Below are positions 36,962 to 46,422 of a stretch of 64,000 nucleotides of DNA, piece by piece (position 1 is the first letter of the stretch; each line of letters opens with the position of its first letter). The DNA is taken from the NCBI GenBank assembly GCA_043820105.1, contig JBDREC010000028.1, forward strand, positions 1 to 64,000, read 5' to 3'. Source of the stretch: Pseudomonadota bacterium. GTDB taxonomy: Bacteria; Bdellovibrionota_F; JAHFAK01; JBDREC01. The notes under the pieces were generated by a model that did not search any database, had not been told where the DNA came from, and saw nothing but the letters and a program-made list of their open reading frames with translations. A program made the translations under genes and the position numbers.

Positions 36962-37077
36962 TAAGTGGTAAGTGGTAAGTGGTAAGTGGTAAGTAAAAAA
37001 ATGTCAAATAAATGAAGAAAATCTATATAAACTCTTTCATTAATTATTATTTATTATTTATTAATTATTGATTATTT
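36962..37077. repeat. (TAAGTGG)x4 and TTAATTA/GATTATT arrays upstream of galE
   Basis: 36962-36994 and 37039-37077; both are reverse complements of arrays downstream of galE. Confidence 0.85.
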
Positions 37078-37260
37078 TAAACTGAACACACAGAATCCTG
37101 AAACATGTTCAAGATAACTTGCATATTTTCAAGAGAAAATATTACCCTAGAGTTTTGTTCTTAGCTTTTGAAATAAAATGAGGTAGTTCCATAAGCTTTT
37201 ATGTTGATATTGTCTTTCGGATAAAGTAAAGAAAGCAAAAAATCCCTCATTAGCTAAATA

Positions 37261-39927
37261 TTGGATATTAAATACATGAAATATTTTTTTATAGGCATTA
37301 ATTTTCTATCATTTGTTATTTTCAATTTATATTTCGACTTTGGCAGATTTGGAGTTTCATCCTTTTTGCTTCCAAGTATTGAGGCTATATTTTTTTTAGT
37401 TATAATGCTAAAGATATATCGCGATGATCCGGAAATGGATCCAATATATTTGATGGGAGCATATACGGCCATTTTACCGACTCTTTTTTATAATATCTGT
37501 AATACAGCTTATTCAGTGGGAATTTATCCTGACAGCGCCTGGATTTTTTGGATATTTCATCTTGTTTTTCTCGCTGTTATAGCGATTTTCTTTGTAAAAA
37601 AGATGATCTCAGAAAGTATGATTATTGGCATTTTATATAATGCCTCAATTCTTTATAATCCGGTTTATGTTAAGTTCTCCGCCCTTTCATTTCTTATTTT
37701 TTGTGCCTTTACAATAGCAGGTTTTATTGTTTTATTTGAGCGTTACAAGCTTGAAATTAAATTATCTGTTATTCATTATGCAGTAATCGCTTTTTTGTTT
37801 TTTACCTTTATTTCAACAATATTTTCAGATTTTTTGTGGGTTTCTACAGTCGCTTTTTTTAAGGTTTCTGCTTTCTGCACACTTTTTTTTGTGGTTTCTT
37901 TTTATAAGGATAAAAAAAAGCTTTTTAAGGTTTTTTTAGTAGCCTTTCTCATGACAAGTTTAGCCATGTTTTTTGAAACGATTTCAGTTTATTTTGAAAG
38001 AATTCTAATTCTCGGATTTATTGATGGTATAAATCGCAGGCTTTTTATTTTCCAAACACACCCGATTCATATAGCTCAATTTTTAGCATTGGTACTGCCT
38101 TTTATAATTATTTTTCCGGTTATTTATAAAAAGAAAATAAATTTAATTTTTGCGGGATTATTATTTTTATTGTCACTTCTAACATTACTGCTCACATATT
38201 CCAGGTCGGCATTAGCTGGGTTGTTCCTGGGATTTTTTGCTTTGTTTCTTATTCTAACAGGAGATTTATTTTTCCGAAAAAGCTTCCAAATTCGAAAATT
38301 TCATGTAGCAATAGTATTTTTTATTCTTATCAGCGTTTCAGGATCGGTCTTTTTAGGATTTAAAGCCTCTGATGCTTTTGCTCAAAGATTTGACTCAATT
38401 TTTGATATTAAATCACTAAAATTGAATAACAGAATAAGTGATTGGATGCTTACACTGCGGTTTATTAAAGAAAAACCACTGACTGGACATGGCCTGGCAA
38501 CCCGAAAGTACTCTTTTTCAAAATATTTAAAAGATCCGAGCTTGAAGCATTTACGGGATTATCACACCATTATTTCTCATAATGTATTTTTGGGAATCGG
38601 TTCTGAAATTGGTGTGTTCGGCATGCTAGCTTTCATCTTCATCTATTTTTTTTCAATTATAAAGGTGTTTGCAAAATATTATAAATCCAATTCAACCGAT
38701 CGATATTATTATTTAATATTATTGCTGTCTTTTATATGCATTTTTCCAAGCATGCTTGTTGGAGTCTTTATAGATACGACCTCTGTTCTTTTATGGCCCT
38801 TGTTTGGTTTTGCCAGTTTTAGTTCCGGCAATAGAGTGAGTTCAAGATTTCAAATAAAGTTTTTATACCTATCTTTTATACTTATATTAATGTTAGTGTT
38901 TCTGCTGTCAGCTTTGAGATATGTATCCAGGTACTATTATGACTATGGAACGTATCTGGTAGCAGCCAAGAAGAATAATCAGGCTGAAGTTGCTTTATTA
39001 AAGGCTTATTCCTTAATTCCCTTTAATTATTATTATCCTCTTGAATTAGCTCACTTGTATGCTGAAGAAAACAGGTGGGATAAAGCTCGGGAATATTATG
39101 AGCTTACACTAAAAGAAAATCCCTATGATCTGATCATCAACATTGAATATTCGGATGTTTTGAAATACAGCGGCCAGGCAGAGCAAAGTAACAAGGTCTT
39201 GGATTATGTGGCTTCTTTTACCGAGCAAGACTTTAGTGGATTGCTTTACTCAAGATTAGCTCTTACTAATATAGAAAAGAAAGATGAGTTTATAAAATAT
39301 TTTATAAAAATATTAAACTCAGACATTAATCACTTTGTTAGTTTTCTAAAACAGGATCCAAAGCTCGTAGAGAAGGTTTTAAAATCAGTCAATCAAATCA
39401 AGTTAAATGATTTAAGTGAAAAAGCACTTTTAAATTACGGAAGTTTTTTTGAAAAGATCGGACTAATTAAAATGACGGTTTATCTGAATGACAAGGCAGC
39501 AGATCTTTTTCACTCAGATCTGGCTTTAATAAAAAATATTCAAATTTTCAGAAGTTATAGAAACTATGAAGTACTATTAAAAAACCTTGATAAATTGAAG
39601 TCAGGTTATCTTTATTCATCAATTTTCAAATCAGTTGTTTATAATGAGATTGGGATTAGCGAGTATTTTATGGGAGATTTAGATAAAGCCCTGGATGCTT
39701 TTAATATCTCCCAGTCTAGTTGGAATAATTTGTATTTAGACAACCTTATTGCACATGTGTACTTAGAAAAAATATATCAAAAGCAAAATAATTTGGACTT
39801 AGTATCAAAAGAAAAGGCTAAAATAAATTTAATAAAAAAAGATATCAATTTCTGGATTGAAAGATGTCTTGGTAATTATAGCGGGGATTTTCAGGCACTA
39901 CAGATAAAGGAGTTTTTGGGTAGATAA
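37261..39927 (+). CDS. O-antigen ligase (Wzy_C) family membrane protein with C-terminal TPR-like region
   Basis: Many TM segments, HP..AQFL, LTYSRSA, R...W...L.FIKEKPLTGHG, HNVFL....EIG. Confidence 0.82.
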   Translation: MDIKYMKYFFIGINFLSFVIFNLYFDFGRFGVSSFLLPSIEAIFFLVIMLKIYRDDPEMDPIYLMGAYTAILPTLFYNICNTAYSVGIYPDSAWIFWIFHLVFLAVIAIFFVKKMISESMIIGILYNASILYNPVYVKFSALSFLIFCAFTIAGFIVLFERYKLEIKLSVIHYAVIAFLFFTFISTIFSDFLWVSTVAFFKVSAFCTLFFVVSFYKDKKKLFKVFLVAFLMTSLAMFFETISVYFERILILGFIDGINRRLFIFQTHPIHIAQFLALVLPFIIIFPVIYKKKINLIFAGLLFLLSLLTLLLTYSRSALAGLFLGFFALFLILTGDLFFRKSFQIRKFHVAIVFFILISVSGSVFLGFKASDAFAQRFDSIFDIKSLKLNNRISDWMLTLRFIKEKPLTGHGLATRKYSFSKYLKDPSLKHLRDYHTIISHNVFLGIGSEIGVFGMLAFIFIYFFSIIKVFAKYYKSNSTDRYYYLILLLSFICIFPSMLVGVFIDTTSVLLWPLFGFASFSSGNRVSSRFQIKFLYLSFILILMLVFLLSALRYVSRYYYDYGTYLVAAKKNNQAEVALLKAYSLIPFNYYYPLELAHLYAEENRWDKAREYYELTLKENPYDLIINIEYSDVLKYSGQAEQSNKVLDYVASFTEQDFSGLLYSRLALTNIEKKDEFIKYFIKILNSDINHFVSFLKQDPKLVEKVLKSVNQIKLNDLSEKALLNYGSFFEKIGLIKMTVYLNDKAADLFHSDLALIKNIQIFRSYRNYEVLLKNLDKLKSGYLYSSIFKSVVYNEIGISEYFMGDLDKALDAFNISQSSWNNLYLDNLIAHVYLEKIYQKQNNLDLVSKEKAKINLIKKDINFWIERCLGNYSGDFQALQIKEFLGR

Positions 39928-40003
39928 AAGTGATCATGTTAATTTATAAATACAGTCTACAGTTTTTAAATAAAACATAAACTTGTCCCATCGCGACAAT
40001 GGG

Positions 40004-41608
40004 CTACCACTTATAAATCGTCTGCTTTACCGTCTCTGGCAATTCCTTTTCAAAATCATGCAAATTGTAAAACAGAAAAGCTGCCTGCTTATGATTAAAA
40101 GCGTAAAAATGAACCTTGTCAGAGCCTACTGCTACATTATTCGAAATCTGCCAGCTCGCGACTTTTATCCAGGTTTTAGGAATCGAAAACCATTCATCAT
40201 ATAAAACAGCTATATCCATTTTTAACTGCATGGCCAATTGATTATTATAATCACTTGTATTATAACCTTCCCGAATAGCCCTGGCTGTTTCGATGCTTCC
40301 TAGCCCGACCAGGTCAAGGCAGTAAATATCAGCAAGATAATTGATAACACCTATGTCATTTGCTATTACACGTGAATCATTATAGTATTTTTTCAGAAAT
40401 GTTCCCATTTGATATTGTTGCTCATATATGTTTGTCGGCGCCTGGCTGGCTAAAATCAAGGAGCTATAAGCCCTTGAGAAAAATGGAAGTGTCATAATAA
40501 AAACAAGTAAAAACATTGAAATTAACCTGGCCCGTTCTTTTCTTGAATAATTTTTAAGCTTATTTAAATCAATTAATCCAAGACATGAAATTGTAAGAGC
40601 AAAAATACCCAGGGCAACTAAATATGCATCATATCTATATGCACCTTTGCTCATTTGAGCAAATTGCATATGCAAAAATGTGGTCCCCATAAATAAAATT
40701 ATCAGGATCTTTTCAAGTGTAAAAAAGTCGCTATTTATTTTAAATAAGCAAACTAAAACACACAGAGCAAGAACAACTAAAACAAAAGCATATAGATTAT
40801 CTTGAACTTCATATGCAGAGTAAAAGATAAATTTAAAGATTCCGGCAAAGGAAAAAAGATCAGGCATTTTTCCTTTTAATAAAACCGAGTTTGGAAAAAA
40901 ATACCAGCCCTTTGCAAGTGAAATAATTCCATAAATGATAAGCGGCATAGCCGCTATACAAGAAACAATTATCCCTTGCTTAAAGCGTTTTTTGAAAAAC
41001 ATTAAAATCATTATTATAAAAACAATAAAAATCGCTTCGTATCTTGCCATTGTTAAGCAAGGAGCCAAGATAATAGCATATAAAAGTTCTTTAGAATAAA
41101 CCTTATTTGAAGCAAGGTAAGCCGAAGAATAGTAAGCAAAGAAAATGGTAAGCATCAAATGAAGCAAATGCTCCTGACCTGTGTAAAACAAAAAAGGTAT
41201 TGGAGAAAACAATAATATACTAATTAAAGATATGAATATGATCTGTTTATGAATTTTATGGCGTAAAAAGATGTTATAGAGAAAAATTAAAGATAAAAAC
41301 ATTATAATGAAATTTAAAAAAAAAGGTATATTTTCTGATGTGCCAAAAACAAAAAAAACTGCTGATAATAAAAGTGTCCACAAAAGGGATGATGAAGATG
41401 AGGTAAAATGCTCTTTATTAATACCCCAGGTTCCGTGCTGGGCTAAATTTTTAGAAATAGCCATGTGGATATAGGCATCATCATTGACATATACGTATCT
41501 TCCATGATTGATGTATGATAATATAAATGAATTAAGAAGTAATAGTGTTAAAACAATTAAAACTAATACAATTGGCCAGTGTTTTTTTAGCATTTGAAAA
41601 ACTTTCAA
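40004..41608 (-). CDS. Polytopic membrane protein, GT-C-like glycosyltransferase
   Basis: DDAYIH after first TM helix, GQE, ARYE, C-terminal DIG..DLVGL. Confidence 0.7.
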   Translation of the reverse strand: MKVFQMLKKHWPIVLVLIVLTLLLLNSFILSYINHGRYVYVNDDAYIHMAISKNLAQHGTWGINKEHFTSSSSSLLWTLLLSAVFFVFGTSENIPFFLNFIIMFLSLIFLYNIFLRHKIHKQIIFISLISILLFSPIPFLFYTGQEHLLHLMLTIFFAYYSSAYLASNKVYSKELLYAIILAPCLTMARYEAIFIVFIIMILMFFKKRFKQGIIVSCIAAMPLIIYGIISLAKGWYFFPNSVLLKGKMPDLFSFAGIFKFIFYSAYEVQDNLYAFVLVVLALCVLVCLFKINSDFFTLEKILIILFMGTTFLHMQFAQMSKGAYRYDAYLVALGIFALTISCLGLIDLNKLKNYSRKERARLISMFLLVFIMTLPFFSRAYSSLILASQAPTNIYEQQYQMGTFLKKYYNDSRVIANDIGVINYLADIYCLDLVGLGSIETARAIREGYNTSDYNNQLAMQLKMDIAVLYDEWFSIPKTWIKVASWQISNNVAVGSDKVHFYAFNHKQAAFLFYNLHDFEKELPETVKQTIYKW

Positions 41609-41729
41609 CGTCTTAGTTAGTACTTGAAATTTCTACTTAATTTTAAAATAATTTACAAGATAAAGATTAATTTCTATTTTACTTGTGAAGTTTTAATTAT
41701 TATTTTATAGTTTATGAAATGGAAACCCT

Positions 41730-43427
41730 ATGATAAAATATTTAAAGAAACATAAATCACTTATTTTTGAACTGCTCCCCATAGCTATAATCATATTAGC
41801 TTGGATTAAAATTTCTTATGGAATCATGGATTCTTTTGACCTTAAATACTGGGATGAATCTGATTATTTATCCTCAGGAGTTAATTTTAAAAGCGCTTAC
41901 TTTTTTACTGACGGTTTTTTATATTTTTTATGGTATAAGCTGCTATCGTTATTTTCTGCAAATACAATTAAATTATACTTTTTAAACTATGCTGTTTTAA
42001 TATTGTTGAACCCAATTTTTTTATATATTCTCCTCAGAAGAATTAAATTAAGCATTTTTGTTTGCCTTACTGGTTCGCTGATATTCCTGATTTCATACTC
42101 GAATTGCGTCACCTGGCCCTTTATTACAAGATTCGCTTTTCTAATCATGTTAATTACCCTGATTTTATTAACCTTAATAAAGAATGATATTTTAAAATAT
42201 CTTATTGCTTTGACAGGGATAATATCTATCGTATATGTCAGATGTGAACATATTTTATCCTTATCTTTGTTTCTAGCTGGATTTTCCATCTATTTTCTTT
42301 ACACCCTCCTAAAGAAAAAAAACAAACGATATTTAAGGCTTCTAATTCTTAACTTACTGGTTGTATTGTTTGTTCTGTTTTTAAAAAATCCAACGGATAA
42401 TAAAAGGCTTTTAACAGAAAACAGATTGATGATTGCTTTTGGCCAACACTACGCCCTTAATACACATTTACAAGGTGAATTCGAATATGATCCTATGACC
42501 AACTGGCCAATACTTCTACAGGAAAAATTCAAGACAACAAACTCTCTCTCTACAGCTTTTTTTAATAACCCTTTTGCAGTGTTTAAACATATTTCACTTA
42601 ATATCTTTCAGTTAGGTCAAAAAATAATTAATGTTACCTGCCTGCCCTATTTTATTAAAGATAATTATTCGCGAGCTTTTGCTTTAATATTATTATTAAT
42701 TGTTAGTGGTTTTACAATTATCAAAGTAGTAATAAATATAAAGGATAATTACAGGGTTTATTTTAACATCAATAATATTTTTAATGACAAAATTTTCTTT
42801 TTTTTGACCATGCTTTTATTCTTTATTCCAACAATTACCATAATCCTTTTAATCTTTCCCCGTGATCACTACTTGGTGCCTTTCTGGGGAATGATTTTAA
42901 TAGTTACAATATTTACACTTTTTTCTAATTTCAAATACAATTTCAAATATGCATTCCCGGCTAAAATAATTTTTATAATACTTTTTTTGTACTTTATTCC
43001 ATGGAATACTTCATTAACATTTGGCCTTTTACCATCAGAAAAAAGAATTAATGTGCATGAAAAATACTGCACAAATTTAAAAAAGCTAAGAATATTTAAT
43101 GAACTGATTCAGTACAGAGAAGTTACTTTCCTTGGAGACGCTGGTACATTTGAGATGTATCTGCACGGGAAATTGAATCATTATTATCAGGGAGGTAAGC
43201 AGGACAAGCCATTCCCTGAATACATTAAAGAAAAAAACTTTGATATTATTTTAGTGGCAAAAAGTATGTTAAAAAATATAGACTATGCTCAGGACCAAAC
43301 TTTTTTACCCTTTATAAATAGCCTTCCTAACAAAGAATGGTCAATTATTAGAATTGATAAATGTGAGGATTTTGTTATTATAAGGCGGGATTACCTAAAG
43401 GAAATCTCATGGGAAGATGGAAATTAG
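41730..43427 (+). CDS. Polytopic membrane protein, GT-C-like
   Basis: WDESDY after first TM helix, about 11 hydrophobic segments, VRCE. Confidence 0.6.
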   Translation: MIKYLKKHKSLIFELLPIAIIILAWIKISYGIMDSFDLKYWDESDYLSSGVNFKSAYFFTDGFLYFLWYKLLSLFSANTIKLYFLNYAVLILLNPIFLYILLRRIKLSIFVCLTGSLIFLISYSNCVTWPFITRFAFLIMLITLILLTLIKNDILKYLIALTGIISIVYVRCEHILSLSLFLAGFSIYFLYTLLKKKNKRYLRLLILNLLVVLFVLFLKNPTDNKRLLTENRLMIAFGQHYALNTHLQGEFEYDPMTNWPILLQEKFKTTNSLSTAFFNNPFAVFKHISLNIFQLGQKIINVTCLPYFIKDNYSRAFALILLLIVSGFTIIKVVINIKDNYRVYFNINNIFNDKIFFFLTMLLFFIPTITIILLIFPRDHYLVPFWGMILIVTIFTLFSNFKYNFKYAFPAKIIFIILFLYFIPWNTSLTFGLLPSEKRINVHEKYCTNLKKLRIFNELIQYREVTFLGDAGTFEMYLHGKLNHYYQGGKQDKPFPEYIKEKNFDIILVAKSMLKNIDYAQDQTFLPFINSLPNKEWSIIRIDKCEDFVIIRRDYLKEISWEDGN

Positions 43428-43440
43428 TAAAAGGCTTTGA

Positions 43441-44202
43441 TTATTTGATTTTTTTTATTACTATGGTTTGAAACATAGAGAAATGTTTATCGATGGGTTT
43501 AAAAAGTTTTTCAAACTGTCTTATCGGTTTATATAAGAAAGCCGGCAAAGAAAACTTGCTTGATACACCACCACTTAGAATATAACTAAATGGCATAAGA
43601 TGCTCGATCTTTTCAATTTTTAAATCAGGAAACATTAGACAGAATTTTTCATAATCTCTGACAAAAACAATCCAGGGCAAAGCAATATTAGCGTTTGATA
43701 AACGCTTCCCCCCCTGTATTTCCCATCCTGATTTAGGATCCATGGCTTCAAAATGCAAATATTTATAAATCAGTCTACTCCAAATGCTAATCGAAGGTTC
43801 AAGCATTATAAGCTTACCATCTTTTTTCAAAACCCGATTTACTTCATTTAGGAATTTTTCGGGTTTATCAATATGGTGGAATACATTTAATAAAAAAATC
43901 CTTGATACTGATCTTTCCTTAAAAGGCATTTCATATGTATCAAAAGTTATATCACAGTATTCTAAGTTGGCAATATCTGATGTAATCACAGAGGGAATGA
44001 CTTCCTTTAAAAAACCTCCTCCAGAACCAATCTCAAGCAATTTTTCTGCTTCAGTATTTACAACATGGCTTTTGAATATATTATACCACTCAAGATAGAT
44101 GTTTTTTAAAAACTTCTTTTTATTGATGTTCTGCCGGTGAATTCGAGTTATTTCTGTGCCATCTGGATCATGTATTAATAGTTTCTTTTTTTTATTTTTC
44201 AT
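43441..44202 (-). CDS. Class I SAM-dependent methyltransferase
   Basis: LEIGSGGG, FHHI, RVLKKDG; probable ATG at 44202 (longer ORF runs into element C). Confidence 0.85.
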   Translation of the reverse strand: MKNKKKKLLIHDPDGTEITRIHRQNINKKKFLKNIYLEWYNIFKSHVVNTEAEKLLEIGSGGGFLKEVIPSVITSDIANLEYCDITFDTYEMPFKERSVSRIFLLNVFHHIDKPEKFLNEVNRVLKKDGKLIMLEPSISIWSRLIYKYLHFEAMDPKSGWEIQGGKRLSNANIALPWIVFVRDYEKFCLMFPDLKIEKIEHLMPFSYILSGGVSSKFSLPAFLYKPIRQFEKLFKPIDKHFSMFQTIVIKKIK

Positions 44203-44248
44203 TTTTGGTTCATCTCCAATTTGAATACCTAAACAATAAACCGGGCAC

Positions 44249-44455
44249 ATAAAAAACATTACAAAACCTCTTTTTCAAAAAGCTACTGCCCACACTCCTT
44301 ATTCAAGCAATAAAAATATTTTATTATTAAAGGCTTATTGTATTCCCACTGTCATGCAATAAACCTTTATAATAAATATATTTTTATTGCTTTCATGCAG
44401 TCGTGCTCCTGCATTTTTATGCTTTTTGAAAAAGAGGTTTTGTAATGTTTTTTAT
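44249..44455. repeat. Long palindromic element C (35-bp perfect terminal inverted repeat)
   Basis: 44249-44283 / 44421-44455 plus long imperfect inner stem. Confidence 0.92.
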
Positions 44456-44539
44456 ACCAATTTATTAACAGCAGTTCTTGATTTAGTCCACATTGTATCA
44501 AGTGTCGTTATATTTTATTATTTAGAAACAGTGTTTGCT

Positions 44540-44738
44540 AAAAGTTTTAACAGATCTCTTTTATAAAATGCATAAAAAGCAAGGAGATCGACTGTATGAT
44601 GGAGTAAAAAGTATATTGATTTTTTTAAGTTCAGGTCTGACAGAGGAAGACATGAACTTCATGAAATCAAATACTTTTTGCGACTGAGTAAGGAGATCGG
44701 TGCTTAGCATTTTATAAAAGAGATCTGTTAAAACTTTT
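44540..44738. repeat. Long palindromic element D (32-bp perfect terminal inverted repeat), opposite orientation to C
   Basis: 44540-44571 / 44707-44738 plus imperfect inner stem. Confidence 0.92.
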
Positions 44739-44809
44739 GGCGTAGGTGTGCAATTCGGACATGATCCTCATTTTTATTATATAATTTTATTCAAAGTAAT
44801 ACTTGTACT

Positions 44810-46357
44810 TCAATTGATTGAAATTTTAAAGACAAGGGCCCCATCGAATTTTATCATTTCCCTGATTGATCCATATTGTGAAAAATAAGTAATCAATATT
44901 GAAATATTTTCATAGTTCTTGTCATCTATCCAGATTAAATAAACAATACCAGTGTTCCTTGCCTTAAAATACTCGGCCAGGGTGGGATCAAATAAATCCT
45001 TTATATTAAACAGAATTGACTTCCATTGCTTATTAATCATTTTGTTTTCAGAAAGATCTTCATTTATTCTTGTTTTTGACTCGTGGTAATAAATAAAATA
45101 AGATGGAATATCATTATATACTTCAAAATTGGCCTTCATTCCATGTGGCAAAATAATTGCATCACCTGGCTTATAGTTTTCATTGATATAAACAGAAGCC
45201 TTCTTCCAATTTCCATCATTTTGTCCGCCTTTTTTATAGTATGGCTTTAAGGCTAATAAATTATTCGAAAAAATACAGATAAGAATAAATACAATAAAAT
45301 AATTGGGACGGGCATACTTTTCCAGATTGGGACTCAGACCTGTCTTTAATAGGCTCATAAATAAATCTGACAAATACGAAAGGCCAATTGCGATTACAAG
45401 CACAATGAAAGGCAATAAGTAAAATATATATCTGACATGAAAGAAGCTGTTTTTGGTAATGAAAAATGCAAGCATGGAAGCAATTACAAACATTGAAACA
45501 AAAAGCCAGAAAATTTGTTTTTCTTTTTTATAAAGAAAAATACTTCCAAAAATAAATAATATTATAGATATAAGCTTAAAAATACTATAGCCTGGGGCAA
45601 AAAGCATTATGCATTTTAAGGCAGAGTGATGAACAATCGTTACATCCTTAAGCCAAGAAATCCAACCTGTTTGTAAAAATACAACTAACCATGGAATAAA
45701 TAACAAGACTGATAAAATACCTGCAAATAAATAATTTCTGAATAAAAGAATGTCAATTTTTCTGGTTTTAATATAGTTAACAAATAAAAAAGCGACTATA
45801 AAAAAACACTGTGCAACAGCAAAGGACATGGTTATCATATGTGAATAAAATAAAAGACTAAGCATAAGCCCATAAAAAATCCAATTGCGTAATTTAGCCT
45901 TTTCTTGCATAGCCCTTATAAGAAATAACGTAGCAAGTGGAGAAAATATATTGAGAATTGCATAATTTCTTCCTTCCTGAGCATAAACAATGTCAAAAGG
46001 ATGGAAAGACAGAATAAGGGCTGAAATAAGTGCGACTTTTAAGCCAAAGATTTTTTTTGCGAAATAAAATAAAATTAAAAGAGCAATCAGTGAAAATATC
46101 AAAGATGGAAGCATAAAATTAAAAGTATTATTACCAAGCATCTTCATAAACAAATGCCTGACAAGCGGATCAAGAGGGCTGTTCCCCGGTATTTCTATTG
46201 GAATTACTTTTAGAACATCCGGAAGGTTCCTGGCAGATGCTGTAATATAGGTTCTGGCCTCATCGTCCCAAAGAGAATAGGCATCGAATTTATAGATTCG
46301 AAATGCAAAAGCCAGAAGTAAAATTAAAAATAATAAAAGATAGTGTTTTTTTTTCAT
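44810..46357 (-). CDS. Glycosyltransferase, GT39/ArnT-like (GT-C fold)
   Basis: R......SLWDDE, P.L, YAQEGR.Y, YSH, RY. Confidence 0.8.
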   Translation of the reverse strand: MKKKHYLLLFLILLLAFAFRIYKFDAYSLWDDEARTYITASARNLPDVLKVIPIEIPGNSPLDPLVRHLFMKMLGNNTFNFMLPSLIFSLIALLILFYFAKKIFGLKVALISALILSFHPFDIVYAQEGRNYAILNIFSPLATLFLIRAMQEKAKLRNWIFYGLMLSLLFYSHMITMSFAVAQCFFIVAFLFVNYIKTRKIDILLFRNYLFAGILSVLLFIPWLVVFLQTGWISWLKDVTIVHHSALKCIMLFAPGYSIFKLISIILFIFGSIFLYKKEKQIFWLFVSMFVIASMLAFFITKNSFFHVRYIFYLLPFIVLVIAIGLSYLSDLFMSLLKTGLSPNLEKYARPNYFIVFILICIFSNNLLALKPYYKKGGQNDGNWKKASVYINENYKPGDAIILPHGMKANFEVYNDIPSYFIYYHESKTRINEDLSENKMINKQWKSILFNIKDLFDPTLAEYFKARNTGIVYLIWIDDKNYENISILITYFSQYGSIREMIKFDGALVFKISIN

Positions 46358-46422
46358 AGGTACCTTCAAAGCTAAGCATGCGGCCAGAAGCAAGCGATTC
46401 TATATGACAGCTTTATAGCCTC

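Noticed and set aside
44203-44259. N-terminal extension of the methyltransferase
   Set aside because: The start lies inside the arm of palindrome C; ATG at 44202 is more plausible
33792-44738. Long palindromes as integron attC sites or simple terminators
   Set aside because: No RYYYAAC/GTTRRRY ends, longer than typical attC sites, no integrase or cassette array; far larger than terminators, and A/B lie between divergent genes
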